A stretch of DNA of 32,000 nucleotides from Candidatus Methylomirabilis oxygeniifera (GTDB lineage Bacteria; Methylomirabilota; Methylomirabilia; Methylomirabilales; Methylomirabilaceae): NCBI GenBank assembly GCA_000091165.1, contig FP565575.1, forward strand, positions 180,001-212,000, in the 5' to 3' direction. Shown in pieces: positions 29,619-32,000 of the stretch. The position numbers were made by a program, and so were the translations under genes. Positions within the stretch are counted from its first letter, which is position 1; each line of letters starts with the position of its first letter. The notes beneath the pieces were generated by a model. It saw only the letters and a list, made by a program, of their open reading frames with translations, did no database searches and was not told where the DNA came from.

Positions 29619-29662
29619 AAACCCCCTCTTCCCCTTTCGAAAGGGGGATGAAGGGGGTTTGT
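29619..29662. repeat. C/G-run palindromic repeat, possible bidirectional terminator
   Basis: caaaccccctcttcccctttcgaaagggggatgaagggggtttg. Confidence 0.85.
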
Positions 29663-29794
29663 TGCTTTGGTAGATGTAAATGTTAATTGTTGACGCCTCC
29701 TAACGCTGGCTCTTCCGAAATGAGCATGGGTAGAGACCGAGTCTTCAGCGCTGGACACGGGGACACCCCCTTTGGTAACGGGGGAGAAAAGAAG

Positions 29795-29850
29795 GATATG
29801 CAAGCGTCTGGTCCCCCCCCTTTGGAAAAGGGGGGCTAGGGGGGTTTCTC
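29795..29850. repeat. C/G-run palindromic repeat
   Basis: gatatgcaagcgtctggtccccccccctttggaaaaggggggctaggggggtttctc; close match to 24882-24975. Confidence 0.85.
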
Positions 29851-29851
29851 A

Positions 29852-30202
29852 TTGATCCTGCCCTACAATAAGGACCTCAAAGGTTATGCCCGCTCCCTGC
29901 GGAAGAATATGACCGACGCCGAGCGAACACTGTGGTCCCTGATCAGGCGAAAGCAAGCGAAAGGCCGTCTCTTTTCACGTCAAAAGACGATTGACAATTA
30001 CATTGTGGATTTTTACTGCGCCTCAGCCGCACTCGTCATCGAACTTGATGGAGGACAACATTATACGCCGGAGGGTCGTGAGCAGGACCGATGGCGCGAT
30101 GCTGACCTGGCGGCGCGTGGGTTGACAGTGTTGAGGTTTTCCGATCGGGACGTGCTGACAAATCTTGAAGGCGTACTAGAAGAGATCTGGCAACATCTCT
30201 GA
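29852..30202 (+). CDS. DUF559 endonuclease-domain protein (Vsr-like fold)
   Basis: LRKNMTDAERTLWSLIRRKQAKGRLFSRQKTIDNYIVDFYCASAALVIELDGGQHY...DRWRDADLAARGLTVLRFSDRDV. Confidence 0.9.
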   Translation: MILPYNKDLKGYARSLRKNMTDAERTLWSLIRRKQAKGRLFSRQKTIDNYIVDFYCASAALVIELDGGQHYTPEGREQDRWRDADLAARGLTVLRFSDRDVLTNLEGVLEEIWQHL

Positions 30203-30212
30203 GGGAAAGAAG

Positions 30213-30261
30213 CGAAACCCCCTCAATCCCCCTTTACGAAAGGGGGAGACAGAGTAGATGT
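30213..30261. repeat. C/G-run palindromic repeat
   Basis: cgaaaccccctcaatccccctttacgaaagggggagacagagtagatgt; close match to 24838-24883. Confidence 0.85.
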
Positions 30262-30369
30262 AGAACTCCCGTGTCCAGCAACCCAGGTTATGGGACATGG
30301 TCAGCTCTCGGAGGGAGAGAGAAGGACAAAGCAACCCACACGAGTTCCGGAAGAGTCCCGAAATAACGC

Positions 30370-31017
30370 TCATCGCTTGTGTGTGGCAGCCCCCTTTGCA
30401 CGCTTTCGGCGGCTGGGCTTGACCTCCGCTGTTTGGGCGTGCTGCGGCCACCAGAAGGCTGTCGCCGCAAACCAGAGCAGGATCGGGAAGAGACCGAACC
30501 CGTTGACGGAAAAGAAGGCGTAGCCCCACTCGTACAGCTTGACTGTAAACGAAGAAGCGGCCTCAGGCATCATGCCGTGCGCCTGCAGCCCTGGATAGAC
30601 GGCGGTCCAGCGTAGCTTGATGTACAGGTCGGCAAGATGCAGCATCGACAGCCCCGCCCCACCGGCCAGGCAGATCTTGGCTTTCGTTGCCAGGCCAAGC
30701 AGCGGCGTGGCAATGGTCAGGGAGACGAGCAGGATCATGTTGACGTAGGTGGCGTCGTCGAGCACATTGACGGTGGCCATGCCGGCAGACCCATCCGACT
30801 TGGTCACTGGTCTGACGATCCAGACCCGCCGATCCCTAGCTTCGAGATGACTGTCCGGCGGAAGCATCCCCGTCGCATGCAGAATGGTCTGCCCGACCGT
30901 AGCCATTCCCTGAGCGTACAAAGGGGAGAGGAAACGCCAGACGGCGAGCAGCAGCAACAGCGCAATGGTAAACCATGCGGTGAAACGGCCGATTCTAGCT
31001 CTGAGGGTGGCGAGCAA
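30370..31017 (-). CDS. Exosortase-associated membrane protein (XrtH-partner-like)
   Basis: Hydrophobic segments FTAWFTIALLLLLAVWRFLSPLY and MILLVSLTIATPLLGLA; overlaps the end of the exosortase ORF. TTG at 31017 is a plausible start; the ORF opens at 31125. Confidence 0.6.
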   Translation of the reverse strand: MLATLRARIGRFTAWFTIALLLLLAVWRFLSPLYAQGMATVGQTILHATGMLPPDSHLEARDRRVWIVRPVTKSDGSAGMATVNVLDDATYVNMILLVSLTIATPLLGLATKAKICLAGGAGLSMLHLADLYIKLRWTAVYPGLQAHGMMPEAASSFTVKLYEWGYAFFSVNGFGLFPILLWFAATAFWWPQHAQTAEVKPSRRKRAKGAATHKR

Positions 31018-31513
31018 GGGCCCCTGCCCAGAATAGCCAGAGGCCCAGGGCGAAGACGATGAAGAGCGACTGCCAGACATAGATATGCGCGGTGTCAAAG
31101 TACGGGCGAAAGTGGCTTCCGACATAGATCAGGCTGAGCACCCGCATCAGGTTCAGAATATACAGCGCGCCGCTGCCCAGGAGCACGCCCCAGAGACGTT
31201 GTCGCCAGGTCGCCGGATAAGCGAGTATTGCCGACACGAACAGGGCCGTCTCGTAGATGGCGTTGCAATTGTTCTGAATCGCCACCGAGAAGAGGGGGGT
31301 TGTGACCACCTTGTCATGCACCGTGGCCTCCGTCCCGCCGAGCAGCAGAATGGTTCGCGCGAGTTGAGCGATTCCCCTGGTAAAAGGATCGACAAGCTGT
31401 CGGTCCAGACCGTACAGCAGGCCGAACAGGCCCAGGATATACAGGCCAAACAGCAGTGCGCTGCGTCGGATCTGGGCGCGAGGAGATGGTGATTCAACCT
31501 CTGAGGTTTGCAT
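30995..31513 (-). CDS. Archaeosortase/exosortase family protein, XrtH-like
   Basis: FSVAIQNNCNAIYETALFVSAILAYPATWRQRLWGVLLG...LNLMRVLSLIYVG...FDTAHIYVWQSLFIVFAL: catalytic Cys, Arg, His context of the exosortase superfamily. Confidence 0.85.
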   Translation of the reverse strand: MQTSEVESPSPRAQIRRSALLFGLYILGLFGLLYGLDRQLVDPFTRGIAQLARTILLLGGTEATVHDKVVTTPLFSVAIQNNCNAIYETALFVSAILAYPATWRQRLWGVLLGSGALYILNLMRVLSLIYVGSHFRPYFDTAHIYVWQSLFIVFALGLWLFWAGALARHPQS

Positions 31514-31615
31514 AGGTGGATTTTACGGTGATCCTGAATTGTCAGTCAAGCAATTTTCATTCTTCAACCTTTAGTCTTTCGCTTAAATACCTGAGCAGCT
31601 CCGCTATGCCGGGCG

Positions 31616-31644
31616 CCTTGACAGCGGCATGGCTTCATGTTACA
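31616..31644 (+). promoter_or_regulatory. Sigma-70-type promoter
   Basis: TTGACA-17 nt-TACAAA, about 120 nt upstream of the Tat-signal ORF. Confidence 0.5.
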
Positions 31645-31771
31645 AACCTACGGGCGCTACTCAGGTGGATAGCAACTGAAGGCTGAAGGCTGTGAGGGGT
31701 AAAGCGGTGACGATGCGTGAGAACGTATCGCCTTCAGCCTGAACGCCTCAGTAGTGACGGTGGAGGTTGGT

Positions 31772-32000
31772 ATGGGGTGTTGTATCCATTTGACCAGGCG
31801 GCAGTTTCTGAGCGCGGCAATGACGCTGGCCGCTATAGCGCCGTCGTGGCTGCCGAGGCCGGCCGAGGCCGCCCCTACCCCTGTTCCCGTTCCAAAGACG
31901 TTGGGTCGAACAGATGCCCTGCTGAAGGAGATCATTACGACCTATGCGTCCGTAGAAGACGACCCATGGGTCCTGATGCACGGAGTGAGGGCCTTAGGAT
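31772..32000 (+). CDS. Tat-signal secreted protein, truncated by the window end
   Basis: ggaggttggtATG; MGCCIHLTRRQFLSAAMTLAAIAPSWLPRPAEAAPTPVPVPKTLGRTDALLKEIITTYASVEDDPWVLMHGVRALG...; absent from the ORF track because it runs off the edge. Confidence 0.75.
   Translation, partial: MGCCIHLTRRQFLSAAMTLAAIAPSWLPRPAEAAPTPVPVPKTLGRTDALLKEIITTYASVEDDPWVLMHGVRALG

Overview
The window looks like an accessory cell-surface region from a high-GC bacterium. I cannot identify the genome; the style is reminiscent of NC10/Methylomirabilis-type lineages, but that is inference only. The left half (1-16.3 kb) is an exopolysaccharide or surface-glycan locus. It has a MurJ/Wzx-like flippase, two NodB-type deacetylases, four GT4 glycosyltransferases, two methyltransferases, a FemAB/GNAT-like protein and two secreted DUF4091-like glycosidase-type proteins. 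The clearest regulatory signal is on the minus strand upstream of the second DUF4091-like gene. A near-consensus sigma-54 promoter (16303-16319) sits directly before a canonical cyclic-di-GMP-I (GEMM-I) riboswitch (about 16189-16281), followed by a hairpin that sequesters the ribosome binding site of the gene starting at 16130. The middle holds a PIN/RHH toxin-antitoxin pair bracketed by two diverged ~190-bp direct repeats, a DUF4143-type AAA ATPase, a UDP-sugar dehydrogenase, a GT4 and a YVTN beta-propeller protein. The right part has a BNR-repeat lipoprotein, a TMTC-like membrane/TPR gene apparently split by a C/G-run palindromic repeat, a GT2, a DUF559 endonuclease bracketed by the same palindrome family, an exosortase-family (XrtH-like) pair and the start of a Tat-signal protein. 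No tRNA, rRNA or CRISPR array was seen.
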